From Pseudomonadota bacterium (GTDB lineage Bacteria; Bdellovibrionota_B; Oligoflexia; Oligoflexales; CAIYRB01), in assembly GCA_031416315.1 (NCBI GenBank), contig JANOTL010000025.1:1-16972 (forward strand): a stretch of DNA of 16,972 nt. Reading direction: 5' to 3'. The translations under genes and the position numbers were made by a program. This document shows positions 1 to 7,389 of this stretch, piece by piece. Under the pieces are notes generated by a model. It saw only the letters and a program-made list of their open reading frames with translations, was not told the DNA's origin and searched no databases. The first letter of the stretch is position 1, and the number at the start of each line of letters is the position of its first letter.

Positions 1-106
1 GAGCATCATTATGTAACCAGTGAATATTTCATCACAAACGAATTCCGGCACCAAGACCGACGGCGGCGGCGCTCACGCCTCGGGATTCTTTCCCGATAGG
101 TCGAGT

Positions 107-1354
107 ATGAGTGATCGTGAGCAACGCTTCGTAGACGCCGACCTCGAGCGAAAGATGCGCGGGCAGCTGCGCCCGTCCGTCGCCCTCGCGATGCTCTATC
201 ACGGCGTCTCGGCGATCGCCGGCTACTTCATCTATGTCGGTGCCTGGCGGGACGTCGTCCTGCCGGCGAATACCATCTGTTTCGGCCTCGGGCTTCTCGC
301 CATGACCTTTTTCCGCGACAAGCCGCCGGGCCAGCTGATGTGCATGCGCGTTGGGGACATCATATTGATGACGGCGCTGGGCGCGGGCTGCTTTTTCGTC
401 CGCATCGACCCCACGATGCCGCCCCATGTCATCGTCGCGGCCGAGGCGATGTTGCTCGCAATTTCCAGCTTCATCGTCGTATCCAGTGTCGACGGCGCGC
501 GGTACGCCGCGTTCCGCGTCGCCTTCTTCGTTCTTGCGTCGATGCCCCTCTTGTTCCGGCCGACGGGCATTACTTTGGTCGACGTCTGGCCCTTCGGCAT
601 TCCGGTATTCATTTTGAGCTCGTTCTTTTTCCGCACGCAGATGCGGAGGTCGGCCGTCCAAGCCGCAAAATCGGAGTTCGCGCGCTTGAGCTCCTTTACG
701 CCCCTCGCCGTCATCGATCGCGCGATGGCGACGTCGTCGGACGTCGCGACGATGTTCCTCCCGGAAAAGCGCTTCTGCGTTTGCCTTTGCTCCGACTGGC
801 GAAGCTACCAGGCGCTGACCTCGAAGATGGAGCCGGAAGCGGTGGTGCGCGCGCTCGAGATCTATTACACAAGGACCGCCGAGCTCTTGAAAGAGGCATT
901 CCCGCGCGGCAACTACTTCAGCGACTGGATCGCGGACGAGCTCTTCATCGTCGCCTTCGCCGACCTCGGCACGACGGAAGCCGACGTCGCCCGCTCCGCC
1001 GTCCAGTTCGCGCGCGACCTCCTGCAGGCACGCGAGGGCATCGCCGCAATGACGGGCGTGCCCAAAGCGATCGACGTCGGCATCGCCGCCGGCCACGCCT
1101 CGGTCGGCATCATGGGCCCGCCCGGCGGCCGCAAGGCCACCGCTCTGGGCGAGATACCCGGCCGCTCGCGTCGTCTGCAAACCGCGGCGAAAGGTCTACG
1201 TCAAGCCCGCGGCGACCGCGACCGCGTCGTCGTCGGCTCCGAAGTCTTCGCCCTCTGCGGCGTGATCGAAGGACTGCAGACGTTCGCCGTCGACGAAGGC
1301 AGCGTGCGCGACGTTGCTGACCAAACGCTCTACTACCTCGACGCTGCCGCCTGA
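107..1354 (+). CDS. Membrane-anchored class III adenylate/guanylate cyclase-family protein with atypical active-site residues
   Basis: About six hydrophobic segments are followed by cyclase-homology motifs: CLCSDWRSYQALTSKMEPEAVVRAL (cf. LFSDIRGFT..SE...PE.VV..L), SDWIADELF (cf. DKFIGDA), IDVGIAAG..SVGIMG (cf. IGIHTG.VVVGNIG) and TALGEIPGRSRRLQ (cf. TVIGDTVNLASRLE). The ORF is open from GTG 20; ATG 107 is preferred because 1-50 is AT-rich, but the start is uncertain. Confidence 0.85.
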   Translation: MSDREQRFVDADLERKMRGQLRPSVALAMLYHGVSAIAGYFIYVGAWRDVVLPANTICFGLGLLAMTFFRDKPPGQLMCMRVGDIILMTALGAGCFFVRIDPTMPPHVIVAAEAMLLAISSFIVVSSVDGARYAAFRVAFFVLASMPLLFRPTGITLVDVWPFGIPVFILSSFFFRTQMRRSAVQAAKSEFARLSSFTPLAVIDRAMATSSDVATMFLPEKRFCVCLCSDWRSYQALTSKMEPEAVVRALEIYYTRTAELLKEAFPRGNYFSDWIADELFIVAFADLGTTEADVARSAVQFARDLLQAREGIAAMTGVPKAIDVGIAAGHASVGIMGPPGGRKATALGEIPGRSRRLQTAAKGLRQARGDRDRVVVGSEVFALCGVIEGLQTFAVDEGSVRDVADQTLYYLDAAA

Positions 1355-2868
1355 CGATGCTCGACACTGAGCTGCGGCAAGAAGTAAGGCGGTGCGCAGA
1401 TCCCGTCCTCTCCGCCTGTCGCCGACTCGACGCAGACGAAATCGGGCCGGCAGTCGCGGTTCTGCGTGCACCGCGGCATCGTCATCGGGATGCTGTGGTC
1501 CGCGAGGCAGCCCGCGAAGGCGCCGCCCCCTTCGAGGCAGACGGAGAAGCCTCCCAAAGTGGGCACGGGCAGGCATAGAGCCGCGCCGCTCGCGCTTGCC
1601 GTTCGGCCTTCGCCACAGGGTGTGGCGCATAGTCCCTGGGGGAAGCCGTTGCGCGTGGTCGCGCACACGCCGCCGTTTGGGCAGCTCGCCGGCGGTCTTT
1701 GCCGCCAGACGTCGAGCACCGGATCGCTCTCGGTCCGGTACGCGACGCGGTCGCAGACGCCGCCGTCCCGCGCCGCTTCCGGCGCGCAGCTGCCGGCGCC
1801 GTCCGCCCCGTCGAGCAGATCCGAACGACACGCGAGGCCGGGGCCGCAGCTCCAGCCCGGCCCGCAGCTCGCGCCTTCGCCGTCGTAGCCGTCGAGCCGC
1901 TCCGGATCCGGCGGCTCGCGCCCGGGCACGTACTCCCGCCGCCACGCCTGGATCGCGCTGAAGAACGGCGAGCGCCCGTCGCGCAGCGCGTCGAAAGCGG
2001 GCGGGCGCACGCGCGGCACGCCCAAGAGGTGAAAGCCCGCGATGCTTCGACTCTGATGACAGCCGACGCAAGTCGCCGCGTCCAACTTTCGCATGGTCGC
2101 TGCCGGCAACTCGCCGCGCGAGAACACCGCGCGAAAAGGCGCGTTCGCGAGCCGTCGCAGGCCAAGCGGCGTCACGGAGACGGCGGCATCGGCCAGGAAC
2201 TCGTGCGGCACCCGGTGCGTGCCCGTCTCAATCGCCGCCTGCTGAGCCGGCGAGCTCAACCAGGTCAAAAGCTTCTGCCGCAAGCGCTGATCCTTCACCA
2301 GCCGAGCGACGTCGGGCTCGTTCTCGAGGCGCTCGGCGACCCACGCGCCCGCCGTCGTGCGCACGAAGCTCAGCAACAGATAGTGAGTTTGATCAAGGAA
2401 CCGGTCCTTGCCGTCGTCGAGGAGCCGCGCGAGTTGCACGTTCACCTCGAGGCGGCGCACCCCGGCTTGCGGACGGTTCCGCGTGAGCACGAGGTTCACG
2501 GTCATCGGCAGGAAGGCTTCACGCGCGTCAACGAGTCGGTAGATCAGGCGGCTTTCGTCCCGATCGGGCCGCTCCACCGCGGCAATCAAGGCGAAATGAT
2601 GCGCGCCGTCCTCGAGCCAGCCGGCGTCGAAAGCCGCGACCTTCACGGCGACGCGCGCCTCGAGCCGCGCCCGCTCCAAGGCGATGCGCGAGGCGATCGC
2701 GGGAATCGCCCGCGGCCCGACCTGCTGCAGAAACTCCGCGCCCTCCCGCTCCAGGCGCGCCATCGTCGCCGGATCGTCACGCACGAGCTCGACCGCCGGC
2801 GCGACGCCGGCAAGGCCCGCGACGACGCAGAAAAGGGCGAGAATGCAGGCGCGACGCTTCGTCTTCAT
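1333..2868 (-). CDS. Exported putative monoheme c-type cytochrome with Cys-rich C-terminal region
   Basis: GGAGG lies just upstream of ATG 2868. Sec-type signal MKTKRRACILALFCVVAGLAGVAPA; single CxxCH (CVGCH, 2056-2070); 16 Cys in the C-terminal third. The 3' end overlaps the convergent cyclase gene by 22 bp. Confidence 0.75.
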   Translation of the reverse strand: MKTKRRACILALFCVVAGLAGVAPAVELVRDDPATMARLEREGAEFLQQVGPRAIPAIASRIALERARLEARVAVKVAAFDAGWLEDGAHHFALIAAVERPDRDESRLIYRLVDAREAFLPMTVNLVLTRNRPQAGVRRLEVNVQLARLLDDGKDRFLDQTHYLLLSFVRTTAGAWVAERLENEPDVARLVKDQRLRQKLLTWLSSPAQQAAIETGTHRVPHEFLADAAVSVTPLGLRRLANAPFRAVFSRGELPAATMRKLDAATCVGCHQSRSIAGFHLLGVPRVRPPAFDALRDGRSPFFSAIQAWRREYVPGREPPDPERLDGYDGEGASCGPGWSCGPGLACRSDLLDGADGAGSCAPEAARDGGVCDRVAYRTESDPVLDVWRQRPPASCPNGGVCATTRNGFPQGLCATPCGEGRTASASGAALCLPVPTLGGFSVCLEGGGAFAGCLADHSIPMTMPRCTQNRDCRPDFVCVESATGGEDGICAPPYFLPQLSVEHRQAAASR

Positions 2869-2906
2869 CTTCCTCCATCGTAGCAGCCGGCACGGCGCGC
2901 CAAACT

Positions 2907-2921
2907 CGGCAGAAAATGCCG
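2907..2921. promoter_or_regulatory. Palindrome CGGCA-GAAAA-TGCCG, candidate operator in a divergent intergenic region
   Basis: Perfect 5-bp arms around a purine-rich spacer, between the divergent genes starting at 2868 (-) and 2989 (+). A related partial copy, GGCGAAATGC, begins at 2938. Confidence 0.3.
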
Positions 2922-2988
2922 TCCCCATGCGCCTTGCGGCGAAATGCTCTACGCTGGTGGTATCGCTCAAATTTGGAGACTCACCACG

Positions 2989-4056
2989 ATGCGCATCCGT
3001 TTTGTCGCCGTCGCTCTACTCGCCGCCGGCTGCCGCACGGGCGGCGACGACGCCTCCTCCGCCAAGTCCATTCCGCCGGGCGCCCTCGGACTCCCCGCGC
3101 CGACGCAGCTGCCGCTCCTCGCCGAGGTCACCGGCCTCGCGGCGCAGACGATCTACGACACGTTAAAGCTTGACGTGCAAACCGACTCGCTCGGTACCTC
3201 GAAGGGCCACACCGGCGAGCTGGCGTTTTACTGCAATCGCATCGGCTCCGGCGGCACCATCCCTGCGGGCGCGCAGGGCATCGTCGCACCGGCGCAGTAC
3301 GGCTGCTCGATGACCGTTCCCTTCAACTTCCCGCCCGGAGCGCAGGGTCTGCCGCCGCAGCCGTTCTTGCAGGTCGACGGTGACGCGGCCCGCGCACTCT
3401 ACGTGAGCTTCAACGCTCCGGAGAAGAATGGCGCCGCGGGAACCTGGTCAAAGTCCTTCAAGGGCGACGGCAAGGTCGTTTGCGGCTTCGCCAGCGCCAC
3501 GCCCAGCGAGTATCGCTGCGAAGTGCGCGGCAAGTCCACGGTCGAGCCGGATCCCGTCCCGACCGGCGGCGTCTCGGTCACGCTCGCGGGCGCCGACGCG
3601 AAGACGTTCTACGAGCTCCTGAAGCTTCCCGTGAACAATGCGGTCGGCGGTGGCAATAAGCGCCGCAAAGGACCGACCGCGCTCGTCTGCAAGAAGAAGG
3701 GCGTCGGCGGCCAGATTCCCCCGGGCGCTCAGGGCATCGCGGCTCCGGCGACCTACGACTGCACGATCAACACCGTCCCGACCATCCCGACGGGCGCACA
3801 GGGCCTGCCGGGCCCGGCGAAGCTCCTCGCGACCTTCAAGACCGCGAGCCTCGGCGCGAAATTCTACAACGGTCTCGACAGCACGCCGACGCAGGCGCAG
3901 GGCGTCGCGACCAAGAAGTATTCCGGCGACGTCGCCATCGACTGCTCCTACGCGCTCGTGAGCGGTGGCCAGAAGAAGTACACGTGCAACGTCGCCTCGA
4001 GCAGCGGCGGCATTCCTCCCGGCGCGCAGGGCCTGCCGCAACCGCAAGGCGGCTGA
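2989..4056 (+). CDS. Lipoprotein of unknown function with four tandem two-Cys modules and six PPGAQG-like motifs
   Basis: GGAG at 2975-2978, ATG 2989, lipobox LLAAG-C. The module G..A..(l/f)Y..L...K...G....C...Y.C occurs four times; (I/F)P(P/A/T)GA(Q/L)G(L/I) occurs six times. Confidence 0.85.
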   Translation: MRIRFVAVALLAAGCRTGGDDASSAKSIPPGALGLPAPTQLPLLAEVTGLAAQTIYDTLKLDVQTDSLGTSKGHTGELAFYCNRIGSGGTIPAGAQGIVAPAQYGCSMTVPFNFPPGAQGLPPQPFLQVDGDAARALYVSFNAPEKNGAAGTWSKSFKGDGKVVCGFASATPSEYRCEVRGKSTVEPDPVPTGGVSVTLAGADAKTFYELLKLPVNNAVGGGNKRRKGPTALVCKKKGVGGQIPPGAQGIAAPATYDCTINTVPTIPTGAQGLPGPAKLLATFKTASLGAKFYNGLDSTPTQAQGVATKKYSGDVAIDCSYALVSGGQKKYTCNVASSSGGIPPGAQGLPQPQGG

Positions 4057-4077
4057 AGGTCTCGTCGCGTCTCGCCG

Positions 4078-4114
4078 AGCCAGGCTTTCGACTCAGCTGA
4101 GTCGAAGCCTGGCT
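4078..4114. terminator. Near-perfect 37-bp palindrome between convergent genes; likely bidirectional terminator or processing hairpin
   Basis: AGCCAGGCTTTCGACTCAG|CTGAGTCGAAGCCTGGCT gives 18 bp of complementarity with one bulged T. It lies between the stop codons at 4056 (+) and 4119 (-). Confidence 0.65.
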
Positions 4115-4118
4115 TTCG

Positions 4119-4604
4119 TCATTGCGGCTTCAGGCTTTCCCAGCACAAAAGCCCCTCGACCTCCGCACGTGCCGCGGGCAGCTTCATCATCGCGAAGTGA
4201 TCGATATCGGCCTCGCGAAAGAGCGCTCCGACCCGCACCCAGCCGATCTTTTCATAGAAAGGCACCGCGTCCGCCTGCGCATGCATGTACGGCAAATGCC
4301 GCGGAAAGCGCGCCCGCCCTTCGCGCTCCATCGCCTCCATGAGAGCCGAGCCGACGCCGCGTCCCCGCGCCTCGCGCAAGGTCGCGATCCGCTCGAACTT
4401 CAACAGCGGTCCCTTCGTCCGGAAGCGCCCAGTCCCTAGCGCTTTCCCCGCTTCGTGCGCCAGAAAGAACGTCGCGACGTCTTCATGAGCATCGAGCTCC
4501 AGCGCCGCCGGAACCTGCTGCTCTTCCACGAATACGGTGCGCCTGATCGCGACGACGTCACGATAGGCGGCATCTCGGCTGGTGAGGCATTGCACGTCGA
4601 TCAT
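4119..4604 (-). CDS. GNAT family N-acetyltransferase (YjcF/ElaA-like)
   Basis: IRRTVFVEEQQVP...ELD, GTGR, acetyl-CoA motif A (ERIATLREARGRGVGSALM), HAQ..AVPFYEKIGW and F.EADIDHFAM. Starts 12 bp after the rlmM-like gene. Confidence 0.92.
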   Translation of the reverse strand: MIDVQCLTSRDAAYRDVVAIRRTVFVEEQQVPAALELDAHEDVATFFLAHEAGKALGTGRFRTKGPLLKFERIATLREARGRGVGSALMEAMEREGRARFPRHLPYMHAQADAVPFYEKIGWVRVGALFREADIDHFAMMKLPAARAEVEGLLCWESLKPQ

Positions 4605-4616
4605 TGCCGTTGCAAT

Positions 4617-5666
4617 CTATGCGAACAGGTCGCGGCCCATCAAGGTGATCTCGCGTCGATCGTGGTAGAGATGCTTCGCCTTCAAGGTCGCACCCCTGGT
4701 CTCGTGGCGCGCGAGCAAGGCCAAGGCTTCGCGCACGATCACTCCCGCGTCTTGCGTCGGAAACTTCACGTTGACCACGAAGTGGCGCATCCACTTCTTC
4801 TCCAGCCAACGCTCCAGCACCTTCAAGGATTCGCGCGAGGCCATCACCATGTCGCAGCACAGCCAGTCGACCGGCTGCGATGGGAAGTACTTGAGGCCGT
4901 TCTCCTTCAGATGCTCGATCCGGCCCGCGCCCCTTTTCAAGGCCGGCAGGTCGAGCTCCGCGTGGTCGATCGCCTGCACGTCGGCGCCAAAACTCGCGAG
5001 CAGAAAGCTCCAACCGCCGGGCGCGGCGCCGAGGTCGACGGCCAGCTCGCCGACGCGCGGCTCGCGGTCCAGGACGACGAAGGCTTCCTCTAGCTTCCGC
5101 GCGCTCCGCGAGGGCGCGCCCGCTCGATGCCGCATGCGGCGGATGCCGCCGACGTAGGGCGAGACGCCGCTGCCAATGGTGGCCGCCGAGAGCCACAGAT
5201 CGTCCATCGACGGCAGATAGACCTGCACGACGAGGAGGTCGCCTTCCACCGCCTGCGGCTCGACGAAACGCGCAGAGAACGCCGGCAGGCTCGCTTTTAC
5301 CGCGGTTCTTAGCGCTTTTTCCAGCGCCAAGCCGCGCGCCACCGCCGGATCGTCGTCGATCGCGTACACGTGCAGAGTCCACGCGCCGCTTTGCCGATTG
5401 CCGCGCTTCGTCATGACCTCGAGGCGCTTGACAATGAATTTCACCGCGGCCTCGACATCGGCGCCGAGGTGCTGCACCGCCCACGGTAGAACCTGACGCG
5501 CGAAGACCGTCTCGCCGGGCGCCGGAATCCTGGCCTTCTCCTCCAGCGCGACCGCGGCGTTGCTCACGACCGTCGCCGGCGTATGCCAACGCTCGGCCAG
5601 CTCTTCTTGGAGGAGCTCGGCATAGCCCGGTCTGGCCACGATGATGTGGAGCTTTTTCTCGCTCAT
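4617..5666 (-). CDS. rlmM: RlmM-like (FtsJ/RrmJ fold) 23S rRNA ribose 2'-O-methyltransferase
   Basis: APSRSARKLEEA, SAM-binding AVDLGAAPGGWS, AIDH, VDWLCCDMV, VNVKF and KHLYHDRREIT match the K-D-K-E tetrad context of RlmM. GGAG lies upstream of ATG 5666. Confidence 0.85.
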   Translation of the reverse strand: MSEKKLHIIVARPGYAELLQEELAERWHTPATVVSNAAVALEEKARIPAPGETVFARQVLPWAVQHLGADVEAAVKFIVKRLEVMTKRGNRQSGAWTLHVYAIDDDPAVARGLALEKALRTAVKASLPAFSARFVEPQAVEGDLLVVQVYLPSMDDLWLSAATIGSGVSPYVGGIRRMRHRAGAPSRSARKLEEAFVVLDREPRVGELAVDLGAAPGGWSFLLASFGADVQAIDHAELDLPALKRGAGRIEHLKENGLKYFPSQPVDWLCCDMVMASRESLKVLERWLEKKWMRHFVVNVKFPTQDAGVIVREALALLARHETRGATLKAKHLYHDRREITLMGRDLFA

Positions 5667-5785
5667 GAGTCTCCGCGCTGTGTCCCCGCCCGCCGCGACT
5701 CGCAATCACTGAGCCGCAAGGGTTTGAGGATTGTCGCGCGGCCGGGAGCAGGCTACGACGATGATACCGCCCTGGGAGGGACCCC

Positions 5786-6274
5786 ATGCATACCAGGACC
5801 ACCCGCCGCCTCCAAATCCTTCTCGCGCTCCTCGCCATACCGGCATGCGCGGGCCCGGAGCCCACGGCGCAAACGGCTGCCATGGCGCCGGAAACCCGTC
5901 TCGACTGTCGCCTCACGGACCTCACGACCGGGACCGAGATCGAGCGCTCCGCCACGCTCTTCCTCTGGGGCGGCACGGGCTCGGCGGTGCGCTCGCACGC
6001 CTTTCGCCCGCCGGCCGCGGCAACCGAAGCGGCCGTCTCGACCCTCGACATGGGCGCCCAATCGCACGAAGGCGACGCGAGCCAGCTTATCGCATACAGC
6101 CTGCGCGCCGGCGCTCCCTACTACGTGGCAACCGAGCACATGGAAGTGGTCGAGCATGCCCGGCTCCCGGACGACGGCAAGCCCTTCGAGCTCGAGACTC
6201 TGAGGCTCGATATCGGCGCCATGCGACTCGCCTTGGGTTGCGCGCTCACGTCCGAGCCCGCTACGGAAACGTGA
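5786..6274 (+). CDS. Hypothetical lipoprotein
   Basis: GGGAGGG RBS before ATG 5786; basic N-region, hydrophobic stretch and lipobox LAIPA-C; two further Cys near the ends of the mature region. Overlaps the convergent regulator gene by 14 bp. Confidence 0.7.
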   Translation: MHTRTTRRLQILLALLAIPACAGPEPTAQTAAMAPETRLDCRLTDLTTGTEIERSATLFLWGGTGSAVRSHAFRPPAAATEAAVSTLDMGAQSHEGDASQLIAYSLRAGAPYYVATEHMEVVEHARLPDDGKPFELETLRLDIGAMRLALGCALTSEPATET

Positions 6275-7256
6275 CGTAGCTTCCCAGCCAACCGAGGCAA
6301 GCGAAGCCGTCGGTCCGCGTCAGCGGCAAATTGTGGATCTCGTCCTGCAAAGTTCGGATCTTCTCCACGATCGTGCCATACAGCGCCCGGTTCACCGGGA
6401 TGAGGTCGATCGAGCACAAGGTGTCGTCGCCGCCGCTCGCCGCCAGGTAGCGCGCACGCATGAAGTCGACCCAACTTGCCTTGAACCCGTCGATCACCGC
6501 GCGGGGCACGTGCCGCGGAATCACGATGTGGCTCTTGGGATCCACCATCGGCCGCCCGCTTTCGTGGGTGACGACGCCGAGCCCTGTGAGCACGTCGAGC
6601 GCCTCTTCCTCGACCGCGGGCGGGACGCCAAGCGCCTCGGCGAAGACGCCGGGAACGAACGTGCTTTCGCGCTCGTACTTCGTCGTCCGCATCAATTGGC
6701 GCACCGCGGCCGCCTGCGGCAGTTGCCAGTACTCCGCCCAGTCGCGCCGCGCCGCCGCCATCCCCGCGGGATATAGAGTGGCGAGGGCTTCATCCCCGCT
6801 GAGATGCAGCACGAAACCGCGCGCGTCGTCCTCCGCCAGCGCCATAAGCGCCAGGAGGTCGTCGAGCGCGGGCTCGCGCAGGCCCTTCTCGAAATGATGG
6901 ATCATCGCGGCGGACTTGTAGCCGAGGCGCCGCGCCATTTCGCGCTGCGTCAGCTTCAGGCGCGCACGAAAGCCTTTCACCAGGCTCGCGCCTGAGACCT
7001 CGGTCAGTTCCTTCACCGAGAAAAGGAAGCGCCCGAGCGTCGTCGCCGGCTCGTGCTTGCACGCCGCGAGCAGGTCGAAGAAGAAGCCGAGCGGCGCGCG
7101 GCTCCGGCCCGTCTCCATGTTGTAGAGAATCGCGGGCGAAACCTTCAGGCGGCGCGCCGCCTGCCCGCGAGTCCACTCTCGGCGCTCGCGCAGGCGGCGG
7201 AGCAACAGACCTGATTTGATTGCAGTTTCTTCTTCGGAGGCCACGGCATCTCGCAA
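6261..7256 (-). CDS. Putative transcriptional regulator with two XRE-type HTH domains and a C-terminal DUF4423/TIGR02147-like region
   Basis: HTH1 LRRLRERREWTRGQAARRLKVSPAILYNMETGRS; HTH2 FRARLKLTQREMARRLGYKSAAMIHHFEKGLREP. C-terminal W..P.AAAVRQL...FAEALGV....EEALDVL..LGVV winged-helix pattern. Start is TTG 7256 or GTG 7244. Confidence 0.8.
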   Translation of the reverse strand: MRDAVASEEETAIKSGLLLRRLRERREWTRGQAARRLKVSPAILYNMETGRSRAPLGFFFDLLAACKHEPATTLGRFLFSVKELTEVSGASLVKGFRARLKLTQREMARRLGYKSAAMIHHFEKGLREPALDDLLALMALAEDDARGFVLHLSGDEALATLYPAGMAAARRDWAEYWQLPQAAAVRQLMRTTKYERESTFVPGVFAEALGVPPAVEEEALDVLTGLGVVTHESGRPMVDPKSHIVIPRHVPRAVIDGFKASWVDFMRARYLAASGGDDTLCSIDLIPVNRALYGTIVEKIRTLQDEIHNLPLTRTDGFACLGWLGSYVTFP

Positions 7257-7258
7257 TA

Positions 7259-7305
7259 TAGTATACTAACCCTACCATCTGACGCCGGTTTTGACTACTA
7301 TACTG
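7259..7305. promoter_or_regulatory. Candidate operator pair or divergent -10 elements: TAGTATACTA and TACTATACTG
   Basis: A perfect 10-bp palindrome at 7259-7268 and an 8/10 copy at 7296-7305, in an AT-rich divergent intergenic region. Both contain the -10-like hexamer TATACT. Confidence 0.4.
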
Positions 7306-7389
7306 TGAAGTTTCCGTGACGAATGTCCGAAGCGTTGCCTATGATGTGAGGACAGCCTCACGGCGATAGCAGCACAGCGGAGACGTTCC

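Noticed and set aside
19..36. CRP-like site GTGA-N8-TCACA upstream of the cyclase
   Set aside because: The spacer is 8 rather than 6 bp and the site is at the window edge; support is insufficient.
107..1354. Possible Pycsar/CBASS-type anti-phage cyclase system
   Set aside because: No cyclic-nucleotide-binding effector gene is visible, the downstream gene is convergent, and a 6-TM sensor architecture fits signalling better. Upstream context is outside the window.
3070..4035. Repeats as a CRISPR array or DNA-level repeat element
   Set aside because: Copies are in frame, irregularly spaced and synonymously diverged, so conservation is at the peptide level; no cas genes are present.
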